A stretch of 64,000 nt of DNA from an uncultured Acidobacteriota bacterium (GTDB lineage: Bacteria; Acidobacteriota; Vicinamibacteria; Vicinamibacterales; UBA8438): the NCBI GenBank assembly GCA_913043225.1, contig CAJWLU010000009.1, positions 76,162 to 140,161 of the forward strand, given 5' to 3'. Every line of letters begins with the position of its first letter. Within the stretch, counting starts at the first letter, position 1. The notes beneath the pieces were generated by a model. The model worked only from the letters and a program-made list of their open reading frames with translations, was not told the origin of the DNA and made no database searches. Positions 40,869 through 49,641 of this stretch are shown here, one piece after another. The position numbers and the translations under genes were made by a program.

Positions 40869-42190
40869 TCATCACTGGTAAAGCGATTCCTCGTCGGATG
40901 GTGTTGCGCGGGCTGGGCGCGTCGCTGGCACTGCCGTTGCTCGACGGCATGGTTCCGGCTTTTGCGTCGACCCGGGGTGCGGCCCCGATCAAGCGCCTGG
41001 GCGTGGTCTACGTCCCCAACGGCATGATGATGCCGGACTGGACGCCCGAGGTCGCGGGGAAGGACTTCGCCTATACCCGTATTCTCAAGGCGCTCGAGCC
41101 GTATCGCGATCAGATTCAGCTGCTCTCGGGCATGCACGGAGTTGAGGGCGCTGGTCCGCACGCCCGGGCATCCACCCGGTTTCTAACTGGCGTCCCCTCC
41201 AAGCCTGATGACGGCTCGGATCTATTTGCTGGTGTATCGATGGACCAGATCGCGGGGCGGACGCTTGGAGCGGAAACGCAGCTGGCGACGCTCGAGCTTG
41301 CGCTCGACGGCCGCGACTTCGCCGGGTCGTGCGACGACGGCTTCAGCTGCGCCTACACGAATACCATTTCCTGGGCGAACGAGACCACGCCGCTGCCGAT
41401 GGAAAACAACCCGCGTGTGGTGTTCGAGCGATTGTTCGGCGATACCGGTAGCACCGACCCTGCGGTGCGGAAGGCGCGGCTCGCCAAGGACGCGAGCCTA
41501 CTCGACTCGGTAGCCGAGCGTGCGGGTGACCTTTCGCGCGAGCTCGGACAGCGAGATCAGGCGAAGCTAAGCCAGTATCTGGACGCGGTACGCGATATCG
41601 AACGCCGGATCCAGATGGCTGAGGCGCAGTCGGACCGGGAACTCCCCGTGGTGGAACAGCCGGCCGGCGTGCCGGACACGGTGGGCGAGCATGCCGCGCT
41701 AATGTTTGACCTGATGGCGCTGGCGTATGAGACGGACCTGACCCGGGTGGCGACCTTCATGATGGGCCGCGAGATCACCGGGCGGACCTATGCCGAGATC
41801 GGCGTGGCCGATGCTCATCACCCGATTTCTCACCACCAGCGGGACCCGGTGAAGCTCGAGAAGCTCACCAAGATCAACGAGTACCACGTGCAGCTGTTCT
41901 CGGCCTTTGTTGATCGGTTGAAGAACACCGAGGACGGCGACGGCACGCTGTTCGACAACTCGATGATCATCTATGGCGCCGGGATGGCTGATAGCAACGC
42001 CCACGGGTCTGAGGACCTTCCAATCTTGTTGGCTGGTGGCGGTGCCGGAACCGGCGGGCGGCACGTCCGCTATGACAAGGGGACGCCGCTGGCCAATCTG
42101 CACCTCAGTCTGCTGGATCGTCTCGGCGTGCCGCTCGACAAGCTCGGACACAGCACAGGGCGGCTGCCGCTCGATCCGTTGCTGGCGTAG
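40865..42190 (+). CDS. DUF1552 (HXXSHH) protein (copy 2)
   Basis: ATGA coupling, RRMVLRG, ALPLLDGM, HHPISHH. Confidence 0.85.
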   Translation: MIITGKAIPRRMVLRGLGASLALPLLDGMVPAFASTRGAAPIKRLGVVYVPNGMMMPDWTPEVAGKDFAYTRILKALEPYRDQIQLLSGMHGVEGAGPHARASTRFLTGVPSKPDDGSDLFAGVSMDQIAGRTLGAETQLATLELALDGRDFAGSCDDGFSCAYTNTISWANETTPLPMENNPRVVFERLFGDTGSTDPAVRKARLAKDASLLDSVAERAGDLSRELGQRDQAKLSQYLDAVRDIERRIQMAEAQSDRELPVVEQPAGVPDTVGEHAALMFDLMALAYETDLTRVATFMMGREITGRTYAEIGVADAHHPISHHQRDPVKLEKLTKINEYHVQLFSAFVDRLKNTEDGDGTLFDNSMIIYGAGMADSNAHGSEDLPILLAGGGAGTGGRHVRYDKGTPLANLHLSLLDRLGVPLDKLGHSTGRLPLDPLLA

Positions 42191-42226
42191 CTGCTGGGTC
42201 TCACCGGTCCAGCCGGGAGGAGCATC

Positions 42227-43180
42227 GTGAAACGCTTCGTGATTTGCGTGGCGCCGCTGGTGCTTCTGCCCGCCGCGGCCGGGGCCAATGAGACCATAAG
42301 TGACTGGATGGGTCGCTCGGCGACATTTGTCGAGGGCAAGGCCGATTCAGGCGGTGTCGCCATCTCCTATCACGTAGCGGGCGAGGGCCCGCTCGTCATC
42401 TTCGTTCATAGCATCTTTGGGCCCTGGTTCGATTTCCGTCACCAGATGGTGGCGCTATCCGAGACCCACCGGGTGGTTTCTATGTCGACGCGGGGGACCG
42501 ACCGCAGTGACAAGCCCGAAGGCGTGGAGCACTACGCCAGTGCCCGGATCGCAGATGACATTAATGCACTGATCGATCACTTCGGTGAAGAGATGGCCAC
42601 GATCGTCGGACAGGACAGCGGCGGCCTGCATGCCTGGCACTTCGCGATGACCCATCCGGAGCGCACGGCGGGGCTGATCTCGCTAGGATCGGTGCATCCG
42701 GCTGGGCTGATTCGCGAGCTGATCGACAACGAAGCACAGCAGCAGTCGACGCAGTTCCAGAACAACATGCTCCAGGACCCACAGGCGGGCGAGCAGTTGT
42801 CTGGATTTATCGGTGGTGGACAGATGAACCCGGACGATCCTGCCGATGTCGCCGAGCTGCGGCGCGACGCCTACTCGCGGCTCGAGGTGGAGTCGATTGT
42901 TAATTTCTACAAGGCTAACTGGCCGCGTCCGCCGGTGACCGCCGACACGGTCGGGTTCGGGTTTAAGTTGGGCGAGTTCCCGCCCGTGCAGGCACCAACG
43001 CTCTTCATCTACGGCGAGAACAGCGGGCCGTTCAAGCCCGAGACCCTAAACAACATGTGGCAATGGGTCGATGGACCGCTGACGATACAAGTCCTGCCTG
43101 GCGTGGGACATGGACCACACACCGAGGCGCCTGAGTTCGTGACGCCCCGCATCGTGGAATGGCTCACGACCGGGCGCTAA
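42227..43180 (+). CDS. Secreted alpha/beta hydrolase, epoxide hydrolase-like
   Basis: GQDSGG (Asp nucleophile elbow), RG...SDKP, C-terminal GH..H.E.P; RBS GGAGG. Confidence 0.75.
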   Translation: MKRFVICVAPLVLLPAAAGANETISDWMGRSATFVEGKADSGGVAISYHVAGEGPLVIFVHSIFGPWFDFRHQMVALSETHRVVSMSTRGTDRSDKPEGVEHYASARIADDINALIDHFGEEMATIVGQDSGGLHAWHFAMTHPERTAGLISLGSVHPAGLIRELIDNEAQQQSTQFQNNMLQDPQAGEQLSGFIGGGQMNPDDPADVAELRRDAYSRLEVESIVNFYKANWPRPPVTADTVGFGFKLGEFPPVQAPTLFIYGENSGPFKPETLNNMWQWVDGPLTIQVLPGVGHGPHTEAPEFVTPRIVEWLTTGR

Positions 43181-43233
43181 GAGCGAGCCCGGGTCGTCAG
43201 CCTACCAGCGGTGCTTTGGCAAGGAGGAGTGCC

Positions 43234-44232
43234 GTGATTTATCCTCGACATCCGTTCGCAGCATTTGCGGTTGCCCTGGCTGTGTCGTTCCCGATGACGG
43301 CGGTCGCCCAGGACTGGACCGTACCCAGGACACCCGACGACCAGCCGGATCTGCAGGGGGTCTGGGCCAACAATAACGTAACGCCGTTGCAACGTCCCGA
43401 GGTGCTCGGGGAGCGGACCACGCTGACTGACGAAGAAGTCGCGGCGCTCCAGTCACGAGCCGGCGAGCTGTTTAGCGACGAATCAGGTGACGCCGCGTTC
43501 GGCGACAGCGTGTTCGCAGCGGCCCTGGCTGAAGCCGAGTCCTTCAGCTCGCGCGATGCAGCCACTGGCAACTACAACCAGTTTTGGATGGTGGAGCGCG
43601 AGTGGGACAACCGCACGTCGCTCATTATCGATCCGTCGAGCGGCCGGCTGCCGGCCCAGACGGATCGCGCGCGGTCGCGCGCGGCCGATCGGGCCGAGGC
43701 TCGGCGCCGACACGCGTGGGGACCAGAGGACCGCAGTCTCGGCGAGCGTTGTATCACCTGGGGCGCGCCCCGCCTCGGTGCCGGCTACAACAGCTACATA
43801 CAGATCTTTCAGACGTCGACCCATGTCGTGCTCTACCAGGAGATGGGTGGACCACGAGTTATCCCGATCACGACCGCCAAACACGTAAACGATCGCGTTC
43901 GCTTGTGGCACGGTGACTCGAGGGCCCGGTGGGAAGGCGACACGCTGGTGGTCGAGACTCAGAACTACTCGCCGAAAGTCTCGATCATGGGTGCCGCCGA
44001 AGGTCTGTATATTGAGGAACGGTTGACCCGGGTCAGTGACGGCGTCATCGAGTACGAAGTAACCATGAGCGACCCAGACACCTGGGCTGCGCCATGGACA
44101 GCGATGATTCCGCTGAGAAGCTCACGCGATCCGGTGTTCGAGTACGCGTGCCACGAAGGGAACATTGGCATGGACGGCATCATGACCGGCGCGCGCGCGC
44201 TTGAGCGCGCCGAGGCCGAGGGCGGGCAGTAG
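43234..44232 (+). CDS. Secreted hypothetical protein, PDLQGVW/ACHEGN family (copy 2)
   Basis: RBS AGGAGG, PRTPDDQPDLQGVW, YNQFW, ERC, GDSRARWEGDTL, EYACHEGN. Confidence 0.8.
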   Translation: MIYPRHPFAAFAVALAVSFPMTAVAQDWTVPRTPDDQPDLQGVWANNNVTPLQRPEVLGERTTLTDEEVAALQSRAGELFSDESGDAAFGDSVFAAALAEAESFSSRDAATGNYNQFWMVEREWDNRTSLIIDPSSGRLPAQTDRARSRAADRAEARRRHAWGPEDRSLGERCITWGAPRLGAGYNSYIQIFQTSTHVVLYQEMGGPRVIPITTAKHVNDRVRLWHGDSRARWEGDTLVVETQNYSPKVSIMGAAEGLYIEERLTRVSDGVIEYEVTMSDPDTWAAPWTAMIPLRSSRDPVFEYACHEGNIGMDGIMTGARALERAEAEGGQ

Positions 44233-44268
44233 TTGCTCTTGAGGACCGAGTCAAGGAGCGAGAGATAG

Positions 44269-45867
44269 ATGACGCAGGCTAGCAGGCTGATCGTGGGATG
44301 GGGTGTTGCCGTGGCGCTGGCGGGCGTGGCCGCCTGCGGCACCGGTCCGGCTCCGGAGGAGAGCGAGGTGTCGGGCGCGGGTTCTCCCCCGTTGTGCGAG
44401 GCGCTAGCGTCGCTGTCGCTCTCGAACGTCCAAATCACGATGGCCGAGGTGGTGCCGGCCGGCGGCTTCGAGCCGCCGCTGCCACCGGGGCGGTCGCTGT
44501 CGGGAGGGCAGGTGCGACAATACGGTGCGTTGCCGGAATTTTGCCGGGTGGCCGCCACGCTGACGCCGTCCGACGACTCGGACATCAAGATGGAGGTCTG
44601 GCTCCCGACCGACGGCTGGAACGGGAAGCTCCAAGCGGTCGGCAATGGAGCCTTCACTGGCAGCCTTCGCTACGGCGGCGGGCGTTCGATGTCTACCGGG
44701 CTCGAGCGCGGCTATGCCACGACGTCAACTGACACGGGTCATGTGGGAGGGAGCGCCGAGTTCGGCTACCAGCACCCGGAGAAAGTGATCGACTTCGGGT
44801 ATCGCTCGGTCCATGAGATGACGGTCACCGCCAAGGACGTTATCGCCGCCTACTACGGAGACGCTCCCGATTACTCGTACTTCTTCGGCTGCTCGGCCGG
44901 CGGCCGGCAGGCGATTGCCGAGGCGCAGAAGTATCCGGAGGATTACGACGGTATCGTCGCCTGGGCTCCTGGGAACGACTGGATGGGGCGGGCGGCCGGC
45001 GCCCTCCGCGTAGCCAAGCACGTGCATGACAACCCGGCCGCGGCGCTGCCCGAAGCCAAGCGTGCTCTTCTGGTCGAGGGGGCGCTCGAGGCGTGCGATG
45101 CGGCCGACGGGGTGGAAGACCGGGTCATCAACGACCCCGAACGTTGTGACTTCGATCCGGGGGTGCTCGAGTGTGACGGCGCCGACGGTGCAGATTGCTT
45201 GACGGCGGCTCAGGTGGGTACGGCGCGGATGATGTACGAATCGCCGGCGAACCCGGCGAGCGGGCGCCTGATCACGGGCGCGTATCCGGGCAGCGAGGCG
45301 AACTGGACCGATGAGGGATGGACGCGCTCGGCCCGGAACACCGGGCTTGAACAATACCGCTATCTCACCTACCAGGACCTCGATTGGACGATCGATCGGT
45401 TCGATTTCGAGACCGATATCGCGAAGGCCGAGGAAGTAGACGGCGAGACACTGAATACTCTGGATCCGGACCTGCGTCCGTTCCTCGAGCGGGGCGGGAA
45501 GTTGCTGACGTCGCACGGTTGGAGCGATGCCCAAATCTCGCCGGTAAACGCCATTCAGTACTACCGGCGCGTGGTCGAATTGGTCGGTGACGAGGACGTG
45601 GTCCAGGAGGGCTACCGCCTGTTCATGGCGCCCGGCATGGGGCACTGCGCCGGAGGCGAAGGTCCCAACTGGTTCGACGCGCTGACTGTCATGGAACAGT
45701 GGGTCGAAGAAGGGCAGGCGCCGGACCAGATCGTGGCTCAGCGGGAGCGTGACGGTCAGGTGGATCGCACGCGGCCCCTGTGTCCCTACCCGCAGGTGGC
45801 CGTCTACAACGGCAGCGGCAGTACCGACGCGGCCGAGAATTTCTCCTGTCAGCTCCCCACCGATTAG
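44269..45867 (+). CDS. Tannase/feruloyl esterase family lipoprotein
   Basis: Lipobox VAAC, GCSAGG, HGWSD, PGMGHC, RPLCPYP. Confidence 0.9.
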   Translation: MTQASRLIVGWGVAVALAGVAACGTGPAPEESEVSGAGSPPLCEALASLSLSNVQITMAEVVPAGGFEPPLPPGRSLSGGQVRQYGALPEFCRVAATLTPSDDSDIKMEVWLPTDGWNGKLQAVGNGAFTGSLRYGGGRSMSTGLERGYATTSTDTGHVGGSAEFGYQHPEKVIDFGYRSVHEMTVTAKDVIAAYYGDAPDYSYFFGCSAGGRQAIAEAQKYPEDYDGIVAWAPGNDWMGRAAGALRVAKHVHDNPAAALPEAKRALLVEGALEACDAADGVEDRVINDPERCDFDPGVLECDGADGADCLTAAQVGTARMMYESPANPASGRLITGAYPGSEANWTDEGWTRSARNTGLEQYRYLTYQDLDWTIDRFDFETDIAKAEEVDGETLNTLDPDLRPFLERGGKLLTSHGWSDAQISPVNAIQYYRRVVELVGDEDVVQEGYRLFMAPGMGHCAGGEGPNWFDALTVMEQWVEEGQAPDQIVAQRERDGQVDRTRPLCPYPQVAVYNGSGSTDAAENFSCQLPTD

Positions 45868-45868
45868 G

Positions 45869-46732
45869 TTGAGTCGCCACTCTCGCCCTTGCCTCGTGGT
45901 CGTGGTTGGGCTGGCCGTTCTGCTGCTGGTGGTCTGGCCAGCTCGAGCCGAGGAGTCCTCCTTGGTCGAGGTCCTCCAGCGGGCCACCGAGTACGTCGAG
46001 ACGCTTCACGCACAGCTTTCGGGGATGGTGGCCGAGGAGCGGTATGAACAGGAGGCGCGCGGTGGCGGCCGCTCGGGGCGCCGGCGCTTGGTGTCCGACT
46101 TCTTGCTTGTGCAGCCGGAGGGGGCCGAACGGTATTACGGGTTCCGTGACGTGTTCGAGGCCGATGGCCGTCAGGTGCGCGACCGGGAAGAGCGGCTGGC
46201 TCGGCTCTTTCTCGATCCCACCGCCTCTGCCGAACGCCAGATCGAGCGGATCCTTACCGAGAGCGCTCTCTACAACATCGGCGGGGTGCAGCGGAACTTC
46301 AACGTGCCGACTTTCGCGCTGCTGTTTCTCCGCGAATCTCACAAGAGCCGGTTCAGCTTCGAGCGGGTGGATGACGACGATCCGCCGTTGGGGCTCGACG
46401 CCCCGGATGGAGACGAACTCTGGGTGGTGAGTTACCGGGAGACCTGGCCGACCACGGTCATTCGGGGGGCTGACCGACGGAACATGCCTGCCCAGGGACG
46501 GTTCTGGGTCGCGCCGGCAACCGGACGGGTGCTGGCGACCGAGCTTGCGGTGGACGACCAGGCGCTGCGGGCCACCATCACGGTACGGTTCGAGCCGCAC
46601 GACATCGGGCACGCCGTGCCGGTCGAAATGCGTGAGCGGTATGACAATCGGCGGACGGTGACTCGTGTCGATGGGACGGCCACCTACAGCCGATTCAGAC
46701 GGTTCCAGATCGACGTCAGCGAAGCCAGATAG
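45869..46732 (+). CDS. Secreted hypothetical protein
   Basis: Signal-like N-terminus, then VAEERYEQ, FRDVFE.DG, ES..YNIG...RN.N.P, ATYS.FRRF. Start uncertain. Confidence 0.65.
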   Translation: MSRHSRPCLVVVVGLAVLLLVVWPARAEESSLVEVLQRATEYVETLHAQLSGMVAEERYEQEARGGGRSGRRRLVSDFLLVQPEGAERYYGFRDVFEADGRQVRDREERLARLFLDPTASAERQIERILTESALYNIGGVQRNFNVPTFALLFLRESHKSRFSFERVDDDDPPLGLDAPDGDELWVVSYRETWPTTVIRGADRRNMPAQGRFWVAPATGRVLATELAVDDQALRATITVRFEPHDIGHAVPVEMRERYDNRRTVTRVDGTATYSRFRRFQIDVSEAR

Positions 46733-46770
46733 GGACCGGTCTACAATGGCCCCCACGGGAGCTAGAAGAG

Positions 46771-48432
46771 ATGAGAATCCAGCAGTGGTGCGTGATCGGT
46801 AGTCTGGTGGCCGGAGTCGGGTGCGGCGGGGGCGAGATGACCCAAGAGCCGGCTGAGTCGGGTCACAGCCCCGTGGCCAAGACCCGGCACGGTGAGCTCG
46901 AAGGCGTGTGGGCGGACGAAGCCGCCGGGATCGCTGTCTATCGCGGCGTGCGGTTTGCGCAGCCCCCTGTCGGTGAGTTGCGCTGGCGTCCGCCGATGCC
47001 GGTTGAGGCGTGGGACGGTACCGAGATAGCCGACGCGTTCGGGCCCGCCTGCTGGCAGGCCCGCAATGCCGACGACTCGGTCTACTCCCGAGGCAACCTC
47101 GAGCGCAGCGAGGACTGCCTGACGCTGAACGTTTGGAGCCCGGCCACGGTTGGTCAGTCGCTGCCGGTTATGGTGTGGTTCCATGGCGGTGGGCATACCG
47201 GCGGCGTGGGAAGCGCTAAGGTGTTCGACGGCACCGCCATGGCTCGGAAGGGCGTGCTAATGGTGACCGCGAACTACCGGCTGGGTCCGCTCGGGTTTCT
47301 GGCGCACCCGGCGCTTTCGGCCGAGTCGGAGCATGGCGTCTCAGGCAACTACGGGCTACTCGACCATGTGGCCACCCTGCAGTGGGTGCAGGACAACATC
47401 ACCGCCTTCGGTGGCGATCCGGGTAACGTCACGATCTTCGGTCAGTCGGCCGGATCCTGGTCGGTGTGTGCGATGCACGCCTCGCCTTTGGCGCGCGGGC
47501 TGTTCCAGAAGGCTATCGGTCATTCCGGCGGCTGCCTGGGAGCTCCACGAGCCCATCTAGACGGTGCTGGTGGTAATGCGACGGGACGATCCGGCCATGA
47601 GGCTGGGCTGGCAGTGGCGGCCGTGCTCGGCGCTGAGGGCGAAGATGCCGCGGCGGCGGCCGCGATCCGGGCGGCGTCGCCTGAGGACGTGATGGCGGCG
47701 CAGCGCGAGGCGGGTGTCAGGACCGGCTGGCTGGTCGATGGCTGGGTGCTTCCCAAGCTGCCGAGCTTGATCTTTGCCGACCGCGAGCAGAACGACGTTG
47801 CGGTGATGCTCGGGTCGTTGTCCGACGAGGGGACCACGCTCTACGCTGGGGTCCCCGAGCTGCCACGAGACGAGTTCGAGCAGAACATCCGCAACCAGTA
47901 CGGTGGTCACGCGACGGCGCTGCTCACTGCCTACGAAGCTGACGTGGATAGTTCGACCCGGACCGCCGGTCAGGCCATCCAGGCCGACCGTAGCTTCACC
48001 TGGCAGATGAGGGAGTGGGCACGCGCGGTGGCTGGCAGCAACGACGTCTACCTCTACTTCTTCAGCCATGCGCCCCCGGTGTTCCGGTTGTATCGTCCTG
48101 AGGCTCCCGAGCTCAGTGGGTATGAAGTGGGCGACCGCTCGGCCGGCGCGTACCACTCGGGTGATCTGGCCTTCGCGTTCAACAACGTGGGGCTTGTCGG
48201 TGTGGGGTGGGACGACCGTGACCGCGAGCTGTCGGAGGAGCTGTCGAGCTACTGGGTGAACTTTGCCCGCACGGGCAACCCGAATGGTGACAGACTTCCC
48301 GAGTGGCCAGCCTACGACGAAACGGGTGAGCAGGCCATCGAGTTCGCGACGTCCGGCACCGTACCTACGAGCAAGGTGCGAGCGGACAAACTAGACCTAT
48401 TCAATGATTCGTATCAGGTCGGGGGGAATTAG
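46771..48432 (+). CDS. Type B carboxylesterase (lipoprotein)
   Basis: PPVGELRW, SEDCL.LNVW, HGGG, FGQSAG, AYHSGDL. Confidence 0.9.
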   Translation: MRIQQWCVIGSLVAGVGCGGGEMTQEPAESGHSPVAKTRHGELEGVWADEAAGIAVYRGVRFAQPPVGELRWRPPMPVEAWDGTEIADAFGPACWQARNADDSVYSRGNLERSEDCLTLNVWSPATVGQSLPVMVWFHGGGHTGGVGSAKVFDGTAMARKGVLMVTANYRLGPLGFLAHPALSAESEHGVSGNYGLLDHVATLQWVQDNITAFGGDPGNVTIFGQSAGSWSVCAMHASPLARGLFQKAIGHSGGCLGAPRAHLDGAGGNATGRSGHEAGLAVAAVLGAEGEDAAAAAAIRAASPEDVMAAQREAGVRTGWLVDGWVLPKLPSLIFADREQNDVAVMLGSLSDEGTTLYAGVPELPRDEFEQNIRNQYGGHATALLTAYEADVDSSTRTAGQAIQADRSFTWQMREWARAVAGSNDVYLYFFSHAPPVFRLYRPEAPELSGYEVGDRSAGAYHSGDLAFAFNNVGLVGVGWDDRDRELSEELSSYWVNFARTGNPNGDRLPEWPAYDETGEQAIEFATSGTVPTSKVRADKLDLFNDSYQVGGN

Positions 48433-48445
48433 GCGGACCTCTGAA

Positions 48446-48489
48446 GGCTGTAGGTCGGCTGGAGCGTAGGCGACCGAGCCGACCCAGCC
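48446..48489 (+). repeat. GTAG-headed REP-like hairpin
   Basis: GTAG-GTCGGCT...AGCCGAC with outer GGCTG/CAGCC pairing. Confidence 0.45.
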
Positions 48490-48590
48490 CACCGTCCCTC
48501 CGGGGAGCGCCCAGATCTTAGTGGAGTGGTATCTGCGGCCAACAGAGGGGCTCCCGGCCAGCAGTTACACCGTCGACGCTAGAGGTGCCG

Positions 48591-49322
48591 ATGACCAGGT
48601 GGGTGGATCCGCAGGCGCGCGAAGTGGAAATCTTGATCGCCCTCGCCTCGTTTGCCGGGCGCGACATTCTGGAACTCGGGTGCGGTGATGGCCGGACTGG
48701 ACGCCGATTGTCGGAGATGGCCAGATCGGTACTGGCTGTCGACTCGAACCCCGCGGTGATTGCGAAGGCCGAGGCGGCGGCGCAGGACACCGGTCGCAAG
48801 AACTGCCGGTATCTCGTTCACGACAGCGGCGACCTCGACCTACCTCCAGAGAGTGTAGACGTCGCGCTCTTTTCCAGGTCCTTGTGATGACACGCTCGTG
48901 AGCGCGTCGGTGACGCGCTGCGCCGGGTGCACGGCTGGCTCCGTCCGGCTGGTACGCTCATCGTGTTCCAGCCGCTGGACGAGCCAATGGCGCTGGCAGT
49001 GAGGCGCACGGGCAAAGATCGACCGATGGGGGCCGCGCTTCACAGCGCGGAAGCCGGCGCGGACATCCGAGCGGCGCATCGGCAAGTGGTGGAGCTCGTG
49101 GGGGCCGGAGCGTTCCGCGTGATCAAAGAGACGTCCGCGGCGCTCGAGGTCCACTTCCGATCGCGCAACGATTGGACCGAGTTCGTCGAGCGTCCCAATA
49201 CAGGCGAGATCTCGGTGGACTTCGACGACCTGGATCTGGCACTTGGTGCCGTCGAGCGTGGAGAGGCGTTGCTGGTGGGTACCGAGGAGACGTTCTTTGG
49301 CGCCTACGAAAAAGAGGAGTAG
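48591..49322 (+). CDS. Class I SAM-dependent methyltransferase, candidate selenoprotein with tandem Sec (SL-U-U-H)
   Basis: ILELGCGDG motif I, then SVDVALFSRSL-TGA-TGA-HARERVGDALRRVHGWLRPAGTLIVF in one frame; SECIS-like hairpin follows. Confidence 0.75.
48897..48922 (+). promoter_or_regulatory. Putative bacterial SECIS element
   Basis: AGCGCGTC-GGT-GACGCGCT perfect 8-bp stem with GGU loop, starting 10 nt after the second UGA. Confidence 0.65.
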
Positions 49323-49369
49323 TGACAACGAGTTCGCACAGATCTTCGATGGTCTCAGGGGTGCCTCAG

Positions 49370-49507
49370 TCGATGGTTTCGTGTCGGCGGACATCATCTG
49401 CAAGAGATAGACCAGGCGTGGTCGCATTGCAGTGCTGATGCCTCCCCGAGCAGATCGCCGAAGCCCAACGCCTGGCCCGAGAGTGGGACGAGGCGCACCT
49501 GCGCTAA
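49370..49507 (+). pseudogene. 3' remnant of a Sel1-repeat protein gene
   Basis: RIAVLM / +1 frameshift / PEQIAEAQRLAREWDEAHLR*, the typical C-terminal tail of Sel1 proteins. Confidence 0.6.
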
Positions 49508-49589
49508 GTTTCATGGGAACTCACCCGGTGCCTGACTCCAGTCTTACAGCGTTTCTCGACACCTTCGCCACCTGGTAGCCGTACATGAA

Positions 49590-49617
49590 ACGGGCTCACC
49601 GCTGTGGGTGCGCCCGT
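49590..49617 (-). terminator. Intrinsic terminator of the 49642-50646 gene
   Basis: ACGGGC.CACC...GGTG.GCCCGT stem followed by a short T run on the minus strand. Confidence 0.5.
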
Positions 49618-49641
49618 GAACGTTTCTTCCCGGCGTTGGTT

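Noticed and set aside
48885..48890. Genome-wide UGA reassignment (Trp/Gly) as the explanation for the readthrough
   Set aside because: Many genes here end at TGA with ATGA/GTGA coupling, and Trp is encoded by TGG, so the standard code applies
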